DNA of 64,000 bases from Okamejei kenojei. Lineage: Eukaryota. The stretch spans positions 16,492,001-16,556,000 of the forward strand of contig CM069131.1 of the NCBI GenBank assembly GCA_035221665.1. The letters run 5' to 3'. Position numbers and translations under genes: made by a program. This document shows, one piece after another, positions 24,233 to 37,139 of the stretch (position 1 is the stretch's first letter; each line of letters starts with the position of its first letter). The notes beneath the pieces were generated by a model that did not search any database, was not told the origin of the DNA, and worked only from the letters and a program-made list of their open reading frames with translations.

Positions 24233-25025
24233 TAGATTGGACAAACCAAGTTAGCTGAAGTAACCTTGATAACATGTTCAGATAAAATAATCAGAATACA
24301 TTTTTCGAACAATATATTGCAGAACCAAGAAAGTTGGTTTAGATCTGGTCATATGTAATGAGACTGGATTTATTATTAATCTCAAAGAAAAAGATCCCCT
24401 GAGGAAGAGTGATTGTGCATGCTGGAATTTCACAGTCAACTTTGAAAAGGAGAAATTTAGGTTTGGACCAGGTGTTTTTAACTTGAATAATGGCATACAC
24501 AAAGGCATGATCACAGAGTTGGCATCAGTGGCCTGGGAAATCAATTGAGAAATAAGACAGCAGGCATGCATTGAAGTACATTGCAGCAAATCCTTTGTAA
24601 TTTTCAACAAAGATATACCCTATTGAGACATAAAGACTATGGAATGATTGACCCATCTGAGACTAATTATGGAATTTAAGGATAGTGTCCAATATTGAAA
24701 GAAAGACGATATTCTGAGCATGCTGACAACTATATTCTGTACTCTGTTTCTTTCCCTTTGCTCTTCCGATGGTATATGAGCTTGGTTTGATTGTATTTAT
24801 GTGTTGTATTATGATTGTATTAACTGATTTGACTGGATCGGATGCAAAAAACCTATTCACTGTACCTCGGTACGCATGACATTAATAAACCTAAATCTAA
24901 ACCTAATTTAGTAAGGTTCAGGGGAACATTGGAACCTGGGCCCCAGGGAGTATTGAGGGATTGGTGGGTCAAACCAAAGCCTAAATCTACACATTAGTAG
25001 TGACCCAGAAGATTAGTGTAGTGTA

Positions 25026-25323
25026 GTTTAGTTTAGAGATACAGAAACAGGCCCTTCGGCCCACTGAGTCCTCGCCGACCAGCAATCCCTGTACACTAGC
25101 AGTATCCTACACACAAGGAACAATTTAGAATTCTTACCGAAGCAAATTAACCAACAAACCTGTACTCTTTCGAATGTGGGAGGAAACCGGAGCTCCCGGA
25201 GAAAACCCACACAGTCACGGAGAGAACGTACAAACTCTGTACATACAGCTTCTTCCATAGGCATGTTCAAACCTGGATCTCTGGCGCTGTAAGGCAGCAC
25301 TCTACTGCTGTGCCACCGTGTTG
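25026..25323 (-). mobile_element. V-SINE/HE1-like SINE
   Basis: Reverse complement of the SINE consensus with a (taaac)n tail. Confidence 0.85.
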
Positions 25324-26475
25324 CACCTCAGTCCGCACCGACAAGCGATCACACATATACTAGTTCTATCCTACACATTAGGGACAATTTACAGAAGCCA
25401 ATTAACCTACAAACCTGCATGTCTTTGTGGTATGGGAGGAAACCGGCGCACCTGAAGAAAGCCCACATGGTCACATGGAGAACGTGTAAACCTCATACAG
25501 ATAGCTCCCGCAATCAGGATTGAACCCAGGTCACTAGTACTGTTAAACCCCTGTCTCACGGTGCGAGTTGACCCACGAGTGACCCAGAGTTGTCACTCGC
25601 GGTAATCACATACACTAAACGTAGCGGGAACGTCGGAACTCTTGCGAGCAACTTAGCAACTCGTGGCGCTAACGGCAGGTACCCGTGAAACTTGGTAACT
25701 CGTGAAAAAAATCAAACATGTTTGATTTTTTCCACGAGTCAAATTTACAGTTCAAGTTAAAAATTGAAACATTTTAAACTCGTTTATAACGTGGACCTTA
25801 GTGATTCAGTCTACCGTGGGAACTCTTTTAACTCAGCGGCAGGCAGCATCTCTGAGAGAAGGAATGGGTGACGGGATGACATTTCCAAATTTCTCCAGCC
25901 CCATGTGTTCACTTTTTTTCAAACCAGCATCTGCCCTTTCTTGTGTATGACATTATTTGTATCTACAGTGCCTTGAATTCATGATTCACACACACACAAT
26001 GCTGGGGTAACTCTCACACACACACACACACACACAATGCTGGGGTAACTCACACACACACAATGCAACTCACAGCTGGATTAACTCACACACACACACA
26101 CGAACAATGCTGGAGTAACTCTCGCACACACACAATTCTGGAGTAACTCAGCGGGACAGGCACATCTCCGGAGAGAAGGAATGAGATGTCTCGGGTTGAG
26201 ACCCTTCCTTAGACCATTACCCAGAGATGCTGCCTGTCCCGCTGAGTTACTCCAGCATTTTGTCTATCTTTAAACCAGCATCTGGACTTTCCCCCACATA
26301 ATAACCAATGAGATTCCCCGAGTCCTCATTGTTCCCCTCTCTGTCTTCCCCAGACCTATGTATATGTATATGTGTATATGTATATATACTTTGCGTGGTT
26401 CCTGGGTTGCCTACTGCTGGGTAACTCCGCGAAATATCATCCCCCTGTATTTCAAATCTAAATCTCTCGCCAATA

Positions 26476-26478
<3 letters not shown>

Positions 26479-26526
<48 letters not shown>

Positions 26527-26540
26527 TCTCTCTCTCTCTG
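26479..26540. repeat. (TG)n(TC)n microsatellite
   Basis: Read directly from the sequence. Confidence 0.95.
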
Positions 26541-26633
26541 TCTGTGTGTATCTGTGTGTGTGGTCTGCTGTCGGGTCCCGACGGCCGCTCAAAGTCAGTC
26601 ACCCGAGCTGCTTCCTTCCTCGGAAGTGGTGGC

Positions 26634-26779
26634 NNNNNNNNNNNNNNNNNNNNNNNNNNNNNNNNNNNNNNNNNNNNNNNNNNNNNNNNNNNNNNNNNNN
26701 NNNNNNNNNNNNNNNNNNNNNNNNNNNNNNNNNNNNNNNNNNNNNNNNNNNNNNNNNNNNNNNNNNNNNNNNNNNNNNN
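26634..26779. other. Assembly gap (146 N)
   Basis: Run of N; the same 43-bp sequence occurs on both sides. Confidence 0.99.
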
Positions 26780-28199
26780 CGCTCAAAGTCAGTCACCCGA
26801 GCTGCTTCCTTCCTCGGAAGTGGCCCAGTTTCTGCTGTCCGTGCCCGAGCGCGCGGCAGCCACCCAAGCTAATTCACTCACTGACCACAATAAAACCATA
26901 TAGCAATGGCATCTCTGCCCTTTTACTCCGTGCCGTTTACTGTCACCTAGTCCCATCTACCTGCACTCAGACTGTAGCGTGGCAAGTGGTTACTGACCCT
27001 AATCCCCTCCTTCACAACGCCAGACTCCCCAAATACTATGAACTGAGCTCTCCCCACCTCAGGAAATACAGTATTTAAAAACATAAAGCACCAAGAAATG
27101 CACTTATCACGTTATTGGTTGGTGGAGGGTGCGCATTTTCCCTTTGTAGGTCGTATCAATAGATGCGGCCCGCGCTGAAATAACTCAAAGCCACAGGATG
27201 GAGATGTCTTTTAACATTGTTGCTTTATTAAAACATACCTTAATTCACGGTTGGCTCAAGAGTAACGGGAGAGAACTCTCGGAGGAGGAACTTGGAACAT
27301 CGCAGAAATGACATACCTGTGGGAACTTTAAACACTTGACATAAACTTGAAGTCTCGTACATTCTTTCACTCGGGGTACCTCGTAGGTCAACTCGCACCG
27401 TGAGACAGGGCCATAAGGTAGCGACTCTACCGGTGCACCACAGTGCCACCCTTAGAATGCATTGTCCCTGGAATGCATGCACCCTGGAATGCTGTGCCAG
27501 GAGTAGCGGTGGAGGCAGATTTGAGTGTAACATTTAAGAGGCTTTTAGACAGGCACATTGTTATTCAGAGGGTGGAGGGATATGGATCATGTGCACGCAG
27601 ATGAGATTAGTTTGTCTTTGCCTCGTGTTCCTGTCCTGTACTGTTCTATATTTTATAATAACAAACAGTTAAGAGCTTCTACAAGTACACAACAAGAGAA
27701 TAACTGAAGCTAATGTTGGGATTCTAAAGGATAAGATTAGAGGAATTAATAATAGCAAATAAGATCCCAATAATACTAGAAAATACACAGTAAAAAGGGA
27801 GAAGAAGGAAATGGCAGACTTTGAACAAATATCCTTGTGACAGAAAATTAAAAACATCCTAATAATACTGGAAAATACATGAGAAAAATAGGGGTGGAGG
27901 ATATTTAAAACAATCATAATTCTTCCAAACAAATTAGTGGAGCTCAAGGCCAAAAAAGTATCCTTGAACATGATGCCTTCAAGGAATGAGTACGGAGATA
28001 GTGGATGCATTGGGTGTTGTCTTTCAACATTCCATAGATTCTAGAAAGGTCCAAACCGATTGGAACATCCACCCAAGAAAAGATGAGGGAAAAAAATAAT
28101 CATTGGGATAATCGTTGGATCCTTTACGAAGGATGTACTAGGAGGATATTTAGAAAATTGTGACAATAATCAGGGCAGAGTCAGCAAGGTTTCATGATG

Positions 28200-28503
28200 A
28201 ATATTGATTTCTCTAACTTCAAGTAACCCCTGCATTCCCTCTCTCCGTCCCTCCCCCACCCATGTCGCACCAGCTTCTCGTTTTCACTTAGCAAACAGGT
28301 AACAATGGCCCGTTTCCTTTATCATGGTTACTTTTTGCATATCTTTCAATCATATCTCTCTACATCACCACTTCTATCTCTCATGTCCCTTTCCCCTGAC
28401 TCTCAGTCTGAAGAAGGGTCTCAACCCAAAACGTCACCTATTCTTTTCCTCCGGAGATGCTGCCTGACCCCCTGAGTTACTCCAGCTTTTTGTGTCTATC
28501 TTC
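28200..28503 (+). mobile_element. Penelope-like 3' end/pseudo-LTR with a decayed hammerhead core, inserted in an old CR1
   Basis: NIDFSNFK C-terminus, then a pyrimidine-rich UTR, then agtCTGAAGAagggtctcaacccAAAAcGTC. Confidence 0.8.
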
Positions 28504-29595
28504 ACGATGGTGAAATCATGTTTGACAAATTCATTAGAGCTCTTTGAGGAAGCGGTTTTCTGGGTGGAAGCATAAGGACCAGAAAGTGAAGCATATTTGG
28601 ATTTCCAAGAGGCTTTCAGTAAGATATTGCACAGGTAGCATCAGGGCTAACACATTGTCATTAGTTAACTGACAAAAAATAATGTTTGGTTAAGAAGGCC
28701 ATTTGCAGATTGGCAAGTAATAACTAGTGTGGTGCCACGAGGATTGGTTCTGGGGCCTTGACCATTTCCAATATCACCCTTCACCCCACCCAGAGAGTTG
28801 TGAATCTGTGGAATTCTCTGCCACAGAAGGCAGTGGAGAACAATTCACTGGATCTTTTCGAGTGTTAGATATAGCTCTTAGGGCTAACGGAATCAAGGGA
28901 TATGGGGGACAAAGCAGGAACGGGGTACTAATTTTGGATGATCAGCCATGATCATATGGAATGGTGGTGCTGGCTCGAAGGGCCGAATTGCCTACTCCTG
29001 CACCTATTTTCTATGTTTCTATGTTCATGTCTTTGATAAAGTAATCAATGTATTGGCGCCAAATCAGTTGATAACTCAAAATATATAGAGGGGTGAAGCT
29101 GTATTATCTGCAGGGTTACACAAAAGGCTGGAGAAACTCAGCGGGTGCAGCAGCATCTGGACTCCTCTTAAATGAAACCGGCAGAGTCAGCAACCATTAG
29201 CAGCAAGTAATTAGCAAGGGCATTGGAAGTTTCTCCTTTGTTACACCTGAGACCACACCTGGAGTATTGTGCATAACTTTGTTCTCATTTAATGTAGGAT
29301 ATATTTGCATTGGATGCAGTTCAGAAAAGGTTTGCTAGAACGATTCCTGGCAGTAATGAAATTTTTGTATAACCAAATATTGAGCAAGTTGGGCTCATAC
29401 TCATTGCAGTTTTAAAAAAAGAGAGGTGATAAGAACATAAGAAACAGATGAAGGCATTGGCTTTTGGTGTCTGCTCCCCCATTCCACAAGATGTTCCGCT
29501 CTTTCTTCCAAAGGACAAAAGGGAGCAGGCTGCAGACTGAGATGCTGCCTGGCAGCCTGTCACTTCGTCCGTGAGTCCATGGCCACTGAGCCTAC

Positions 29596-30272
29596 TTAGT
29601 TTAGTTTAGTTTAGAGATACAGCACGGAAATAGGCCGTTCGGCCCACCGAGTGCGCGCTAACCGGCAATCACCCCGCACATTAACACTATTCTACACACA
29701 CGAGGGACAATATACACATACACCAAGCCAATTAACCAACATACCTGTACGTCTTTGGAGTAAGATCATAAGTGATAGGAGTAGAATTATGTAAATCGGC
29801 CAACTAAATCTAGTCATCCATTCATTCTTGGCTGATCTACTGTATCTCTCCCTCCTAACCACACTGTCCTGACTTCTCCCCATAACCTCTGACGCCCGTA
29901 CTAATCAGGATTCTATCTATCTCTGCCTTAAATATATCCACTGACTTTGCCTCCACAGCCTTCAGTGGCAAAGAATTCCACAGATTCACCACCCTCTGAC
30001 TAAATAAATTCCTCCTCATCTCCTTCCTAAAAGAACATCCTTTAATTCTGAGGCTATGACCTCTAGTCCTAGACTCTCCCACTAGTGGAAACACCCTCGC
30101 CAAATCCATCGCTATCCAGGAGTGTGGGAGGAAACCGAAGATTTCGGAAAAAAAAAACCACGCGGTCACGGGGAGAACATACATACTCCGTACAGACAGC
30201 ACCCGTAGTCGGGAATGAACCCGGGACTCCGGCGCTGCAAGCGCTGTAAGGCAGCAACTCTATCCACTGCGG
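29596..30272 (-). mobile_element. V-SINE/HE1-like SINE interrupted by a CR1 3' fragment (~29762-30117)
   Basis: SINE tail at 29596 and head at 30272. The short direct repeat GGAGT flanks the CR1 insert. Confidence 0.8.
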
Positions 30273-33200
30273 TGTGGGGAAATCAAAAAGTTGTCACAGA
30301 GCCGGTTGATTCACACTGAGCGGAACACTTCACAAACCCGCCAAATACCCTTTGCCCTCAGTCAGGGTCACCTGGATGTCTCCCCACTATACCTCAGAGC
30401 TATTTCCCAGCACTAGTGAATGTGCGGAAATCTTTTGAACTCATCTTTGAATGAAGGCAATGTCTGAACCATGTAGGTCAGAGAATTTCAAAAGGTGCAC
30501 CACCCTTTTGATTGGTGAAATTTCTCTTCATCTTTGTCCCAAAAAACCTAGCCTCTAATCTTAATGTGTGACCCCTGATCTTCAACTTTTCAGTCAGGGG
30601 AAATATCCTTCCTCCATCCAGCTCTTGAAAATTGTGAAAGGATTCAGATCTCCACTCATTCCCCTAGATTCTAAAAATACATATGCAGCTTATTCAATCT
30701 CTCCTCTTATGGCAAATCTGCCGTCACTGGAAGGGGTTTAGTGAATATTCTCTGCACTCTCTCTATATTAATTAGATAAGGAGACAAAACTGTACATCCT
30801 CCAGATGCTGACTCACTAAGACCCAATACAATTGCATTACATCCGCCTATCTCTTCTAATCAAATTATTTTAATAAAAGCTAAAATGCCTCCAAATCACT
30901 TGCCCTACTTGCACGGCGGTCTTTGATGACATGTGTACCCAGATCCCTTTGAACATCAACACTGCCTAATCCCTTACTGTTGAATAAATACTCAGTCTTG
31001 TAGAAACAATGAACTGCAGATGCTGGTTTGTACCTAAGATAGACACAAAGTATTGGAGTAACTCAGCAGGTCAGGCAATATTATCCATCCTTTTTCTCTA
31101 GGGATGCTGCCTGATCCACTGAGTTACTCCAACACGTTGTGTCTATCTTAAATATTCAGTCTTTCTGTCTAGTACACCAAAGTGGATGACCACACATATT
31201 TGCACATTATATTCCATTTGCCATTCCCTCCACCTCCGCTTCAGTTTGTCCAGATCCCTTTGAAGCCTATACACTTTCACATTCATAATCCAGATTTAGT
31301 ATCATCAGCAAAATTGGAAAAATGATGTTTCATCATCCCCCTCAGGCAAATTACTGATGTAGCCTGTAAATAGCGAGGGCCCCTACACACCCAAGAAGGA
31401 TCTGTTTATTCCCATTATTTGCTTTCTGTCCAATACCTAATTCACTAAACTAACATAGAACAGTACAGCACAAGAACAGGTCCGTAATCTCTGTGCTGAA
31501 CAAGGTGTGATGATAAACTAATCTCCTCTGCCTGCACGTGATATACATGTTCCCCCATTCTCTGCATATCCATGTGCCTATCTAAATCCTTTTAAATTCT
31601 ACTACTGTGTCTGGCTCCATCACCATCCCTGGCAGTGTCTTCCAGGCACCCACCACCCTCCATGTAAATAATTTGTCTCTCCCCCCCCCCCCCCCTCCCA
31701 TCTCCTTTAAACTTTGCTCCTCTCACCTTAAAACTATGCCCTCTAGTCTTTGACTTTTACACCCCTGGAAAAGCCTCTGACCTTATCTACCATCCATCTT
31801 AATTGTGCCTCTCATAATTGTATATACTTCTATCAAGTCTCCCCTCAACCTTTGACATTGCAAAGAAAACAATCCAATTTGAGGATGAGTCCCAGCCTGA
31901 AACACCATCTGTCCATTTTTCTCCACAGATGCAACGCAAGTTCCTTCAGCCGTTTATTTTTTGCTGCTCAATTCTATTGTTCCTTTTTGTTATCACATCC
32001 TTCAATATGTAGTCCAGCATTTTCCTTGACACTGATGTTTGGCTAACAAGTCAGTAGTTCCTTGTTTTCTCTTTCCCTCCTTACTTAAATATTGGAGTTA
32101 TATTTGCTACTCTCCGATCCACAGGAGCAGTTCTAGAATCCACGATGTTAACCAGAGCATTCACTTTCAAATATTCGGGATATAGATCATCAGGTTCTTG
32201 GTTTTCATCATCTTTCAATCTTACCCATCTCTCTGGTATTTTTCTTTTGATTTATTTATTTTGGTTCCTTTTTCTCCTTCTCTAATATATTTGGCAGGAT
32301 TTGTGTGCTTTCTATGAAAACAAAGTAAAGATGTTTTTTTTCTGAAATATAGCTGACTTCTGATGGATCTTAACAAGATAATTAGTGCAGGATTGTTTCT
32401 CCCTCTGGAGGCATTTACTATTAGTGAGCTTGTTTTCAGAATAACAGTCTGTCTATTTAAGAATAAGAACACAAGAAAAAAGAAGCAACAATAGCCGTCT
32501 GGCCTCTGCATCCAACATGATCATGGCTGTTCTGCCCCAGACCACATTTCCTCCTTTGGGTCAGCTCCTCATATCATCTCATGCCATTAAGGGACTTGGA
32601 CAGGTACATGGATAGGAAAGGTTTGAAGAATATGGGCCACACATGGGCAAATGGTACTAGTTTGGATGAGGCATCATTGTTGGCATGGACGAGTTGGGCC
32701 GAGTGGCCTGTTTCCGTGATGTATGATGCTATGATTCTATTCGAGGGAGATGCTTGAACCCACTGTGCTCGTCTCTTCTTGGGATCTTCTGTCTTAGAGT
32801 TGGGCTTGTGATACCCATGAACTTCATCCTCCCCATGCTTATTTTTTGTATTTTCAGGAACTTTTAAAGATCAGGACAATGGAAGAATTTAAGCAGACTT
32901 CTTTTGCAGTATTTGCCGCAAAGCAAATCAAAACATTTTACATTAATAAGTTAGAGAAACATTAGATTCCCTGCCCCCAAGGTGACTGCAAATGGTTCAG
33001 CAAAGAATTTGAGTTTTTCAATATCTCCCAACTAAGTTTTGAGTATTGTTGTCCAAATGGATACAGACATTTCCCTATTTTGTTAGAGAAAACATCTGAT
33101 GGCAGGTGGAAATATGACTATATAGAATGCAGTTGTCTTTGGAAAAGTTTCAGATTAGTCTGAAACAACATGACTTTCTCAGTGAGGTCAGAAACAAGTT

Positions 33201-33817
33201 GTTTCTTGCCCTGAAGCAGAGCATTCATACCATTAAGGTGGGCCTGATAGTGTAGACGGCAAGCTAGATCACAAAGCTAGTGAGTAAACTCCAAGATATA
33301 TTATGTAGGAGTGGCATCACAGAAGCAGGTGACTCCACATGATGTGCTTTTGTTTAAAAAAGGAGGAAGGGATAAAATGAGCAAAATACAAGCCAGAACA
33401 AACATTAATTTAAAAGGCACAGATTAACCATTAGATTCAGCAAAGGCTGTAGAAGGACATTTCTGACTGACCAACTTACGGAAATCTTTGAGACGATAAC
33501 AAGAAGGGCCAATGTGGTTTATATAGATTTTAGCATGATAAATGTTTGCATAATGTTCATGAAAATGTAAAATCTCACAGAATCTAAGAGATGATGGAAA
33601 ATAGTAAGATTAAATGAGAACTTACCAGTTTGAAGTTTGATCTTTATTTTATGAGGAGTGGCGATGAGGGATTACGTGAAGAACCCCGTACAGCCGTTGG
33701 TGCGTCAATCTTCAAAGTAGCGGAGTGAAATTACAGCTAACAATGACTGATGTATAATGGTAAGATAACAAAGACTAGAACTACCAGATGAGATCTATGA
33801 GGACTGGGAGCGGAGGG

Positions 33818-33930
33818 CACGTAGTCCCTCATCGCAACTCCTCATAAAATAAAGATCAAACTTCAAACTGGTAAGTTCTCATTTAATCTTACTATTTTAC
33901 TTCGGAGTCACGTGAGTGACTACGTGAAGA
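33818..33930 (-). repeat. DIRS internal complementary region (ICR)
   Basis: 33818-33898 is the reverse complement of the 3' terminus 33598-33678. 33895-33930 is the reverse complement of the 5' terminus 38286-38321. The two halves join at TTTT. Confidence 0.93.
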
Positions 33931-34089
33931 CTTCAAAGCACTGTGATTTCACGCCACAGACCCAAATCAGGCGTTCACACTGCATCGATTGACTCAAAAG
34001 TCGTTAACAATCAATAATGCATCAATAATAACATTTGTTAAATGAATAACAGTTTATTTACAAACAAAACCATAACAAACCCCTCTAAC

Positions 34090-35081
34090 TCAGGGGGAAA
34101 CTCTAACAGAACTCAAAACAGAATCAGCAAACACCCCCAGCCTTGAAATCGGCTTGTGATAAAACCTTTGAAAGGTCAGCTCACTGGACCATCCTGCGGC
34201 CCCGAGGATATGGTCTATAGGCACGTCCATCTCTCTTGCCATGGAAGTTGATGCCGCCCTGGTGGAATGAGATTTGAATTTATCAGTATCAATCCCAGCA
34301 CTTCCCAGAACCTGCTTTAGCCACCTTGAGATTGTTTGCACCGACACTTTACTGTGTGGTTTTTTGTGGCTAATAAATAATGCAGACTCTGTTCCTCGTA
34401 GGGCTCTGGTGGCCTCAATGTAACGAGATAAATGTGAAACTACACACAAGCGATCATCTGTGGGGTATGCTGAAAACACAATCTTACATCCTGTCATGCC
34501 TATTCTAATATGTTTAAGCAAATCTTAGACATAAAATATAATGGCATCTGCCGACACATGCATTCTGTCTAGCCGAAGCTTTTGCAATGTTTGCACACAT
34601 TGGGCTGAAACCAATGGCATAAGCATGACCACCTTCATGGTTAATTTGGCTAGAGATAGGCTTGCAACAGGAGCCCATTGGCGAAGAAGCTTAAGAACTT
34701 CACTCACATTCCAAATACTGGCATACCTGGGTTTAGGAGGATTAGAATTGAAAACTCCCTTCATAAATCGAGAAACTAACGGATGTGTCCCTACTGAATG
34801 TAACTCTGAATTCATGGATAAATAAGAAGACAAAGCACTTCTGGCTGTATTAATCGCACTACAGCTTAATTTTTGATCAAAATAAAGAGTGGACAAAACT
34901 CCAATACGTCTGTGATCCCTGCAGTTTGATATGAAATATTGTGCTGTAGACAGAATTGCTCCCACTTCCTTATCGAGGTGATATATTGCTTCTGGGTACT
35001 ATCCCTGCAGGCCAACGTGAGAACATCCACAGTACGATCAGACAGTCCTCTCTCCAGGTATGGCCTCCTTAAAATCAGCAA
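34090..35081 (-). pseudogene. DIRS tyrosine recombinase (three frameshifted pieces)
   Basis: N-terminal SAM-like region (INTARSALS), SAQCVQTL (box I R replaced by C), HSTRAASTS and GWSS..TFQRFYHK. Confidence 0.9.
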
Positions 35082-36874
35082 ATTAACAGATCAATACGAT
35101 CATGTAAAGGATGTTGATCCCCAGTTACTGGATTCACCAGTAGCTTTTTATGCTTGGGAATAATCATGTGAGGCTGACTAGCCATTTGTAATACGAGAGG
35201 AAACCATGGTTGTGTAGACCAATCCGGCACTACCAATACCCCTGAAGCGGAGTCCTGCTTGATCTTTTGCAAGCATCTACTGATGAGACAGAATGGAGGA
35301 AATGCATAAACAAACATTCCAACCCAATGCAGCGAGAAAGCATCCACCGCTGCTGCACCAGGATCTGGTTCCCATGAAACATATCTGGGCAACTGATAGT
35401 TTAGTCTAGATGCAAACAAGTCAATATCTGGCATTCCATACTGAGCAATCACTTGATTAAATACGTCCTGATTTAACATCCATTCTATGTTATCATTGAA
35501 CTGGCATGATCTACTGTCGGCTACAGTGTTGAATCTACCTGGCAAATATATTGCTGGAAGCCAGATATTTTGGTCAATGCACCAGCTCCAAATCTGATTA
35601 GCCAGCCTATCACAAGACTGTGACTTGACTCCACCCATGTGGTTTACATATGCCACTGCTGTGGTGTTGTCAATCTGAACCTGCACATGCAAGTCCCTCC
35701 TGGTAGAGCAATAAGCTTCAAGCCCATACCAGGTTTCCAACACCTCTAAATAATTGATCCCTCTTAATTGAAGAAGGGATGTCTCATCAATATTCCATCT
35801 ACCTCCACAACTGGAAGACATATCTGTTGCACCCCAACCCAGTGCACTTACATCAGTCTGTAATATAATTGAAGGTGGTTCCACCAAAACCTTCCTAAAA
35901 CTTTTTGAAACATTTACAATCCACCATTGTATGTCGGAAATTGCCCCAGCTGACAATTGCATAGGCCTGTCAAAATGGCCCATTTGCATTTTCAGTGCCT
36001 GTTCCTTTGATCGTTGTAATTGTCGATAATGCAGGGGACTATACTGCACAGCTGGAAAAGCAGCCACCAATTTACCAATTAAACAGGCTACTTGTCTAAT
36101 TGAAGGCCGTTGTTCTCTAAGGAGATTAACACAGTCCTCAATTAACTGTTGCAATTTGTCCCTAGGCAAAGTTACCAACATGTGATTTGAATTGATGGTA
36201 AATCCCAAATAATCAATGATTAGAACTGGTGATAATTTGGATTTATCTGGATGAATGACGAACCCTAATTGTTCAAAAGTGAATTTAACTATTGAGACAG
36301 ATGATTCAGCTTCAGCATGAGTCTTTCCAACAATTAAAATACTGTCTAGATAGGCCATTACCACATGCCCCTGACCTCTGAGTAATTCTAACACAGGTTT
36401 TAACAATTTAGTTAATAATCTAGGAGCTGAAGTTAATCCATTAGGCAGTGCTTTGAATTGCCACAACTGAGTCATCCAGATATATTTAAAATATCTCCTA
36501 TCATCACCATGAATAGACACTGTGTAATATGCATCCTTTAAATCAATGCTTGCCATATAACACCCTTTGGAAACAAGATGTTTTGCCGTGGAAAAAGTTT
36601 GCATTTTGAAGTGCCTATAGCAAACAAATTTGTTCAAACTCGTCAAATCCAGGATAATTCTACATTCCCCAGTCTTTTTAGACCTTGGAAAAATACTTGA
36701 CACAAACTGACGAATTTGATAGACTGACTTCTCAATTACCCCTTTCTTGTGCAATGTATTAATTTCTGCTTGTATGAGTACATTTTCTTCATCTGAAAAT
36801 ATAAGTTTCCGACTTAGAACATGTTGATTAGGTGGACTCTCATTTGAGTAAAATTCAATTCTGCTTCCCTTCAA
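35075..36874 (-). CDS. DIRS reverse transcriptase / RNase H / Dam-like methyltransferase ORF (599 aa, probably inactive)
   Basis: RT motifs IDLKDAYY, LPNGLTSAP and YLDS (for YLDD). RNase H motifs TDVSALGWG, INYLE, DNTTAV and ADSRS. MT motifs DLFASRLN and YAFPPF. Confidence 0.9.
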   Translation of the reverse strand: MKGSRIEFYSNESPPNQHVLSRKLIFSDEENVLIQAEINTLHKKGVIEKSVYQIRQFVSSIFPRSKKTGECRIILDLTSLNKFVCYRHFKMQTFSTAKHLVSKGCYMASIDLKDAYYTVSIHGDDRRYFKYIWMTQLWQFKALPNGLTSAPRLLTKLLKPVLELLRGQGHVVMAYLDSILIVGKTHAEAESSVSIVKFTFEQLGFVIHPDKSKLSPVLIIDYLGFTINSNHMLVTLPRDKLQQLIEDCVNLLREQRPSIRQVACLIGKLVAAFPAVQYSPLHYRQLQRSKEQALKMQMGHFDRPMQLSAGAISDIQWWIVNVSKSFRKVLVEPPSIILQTDVSALGWGATDMSSSCGGRWNIDETSLLQLRGINYLEVLETWYGLEAYCSTRRDLHVQVQIDNTTAVAYVNHMGGVKSQSCDRLANQIWSWCIDQNIWLPAIYLPGRFNTVADSRSCQFNDNIEWMLNQDVFNQVIAQYGMPDIDLFASRLNYQLPRYVSWEPDPGAAAVDAFSLHWVGMFVYAFPPFCLISRCLQKIKQDSASGVLVVPDWSTQPWFPLVLQMASQPHMIIPKHKKLLVNPVTGDQHPLHDRIDLLIC

Positions 36875-37139
36875 TACTGTTAAGTATAAATGAATCTGAT
36901 GTTAACTCCTGCCATCGTGTGAGAAACAAATGTAATCTTCCCCCAATTTGAACATCTATGTTACTTAATTCATTCTCTCTAAGAGGCATTTTTCTCACCT
37001 GCATACATCCTTGCAGACCTTGTTGGCCCCGGCCCCTTGTAGGAAAAGGCATCTTCCCCTTCACACTAGTGGCAGCCTGCCAGTTCCAGTATTGCAGACC
37101 TGTATGGCTGGTTCCTTCCCCTGCATCGGAACTGGTGCC

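Larger units (their letters stand above)
25546..27413. mobile_element. Composite MITE (TIR AACCCCTGTCTCACGGTGCGAGTTGACC) inserted into a SINE and spanning the assembly gap
   Basis: Matching TIRs at 25546-25578 and 27380-27413, with TTA/TAA flanks. The host SINE (25330-25545) resumes at 27414 (taaggtagcgactctacc). Confidence 0.75.

Noticed and set aside
26587-26823. Direct repeat flanking the N run as a biological duplication
   Set aside because: Identical sequence on both sides of a gap most likely reflects an unmerged contig overlap. ORFs crossing the Ns are meaningless.
34090-36874. Prokaryotic retron, integrase or restriction-modification system (RT + recombinase + methylase)
   Set aside because: Domain order, inverted LTRs and the ICR identify a eukaryotic DIRS1 retrotransposon inside a vertebrate intron.
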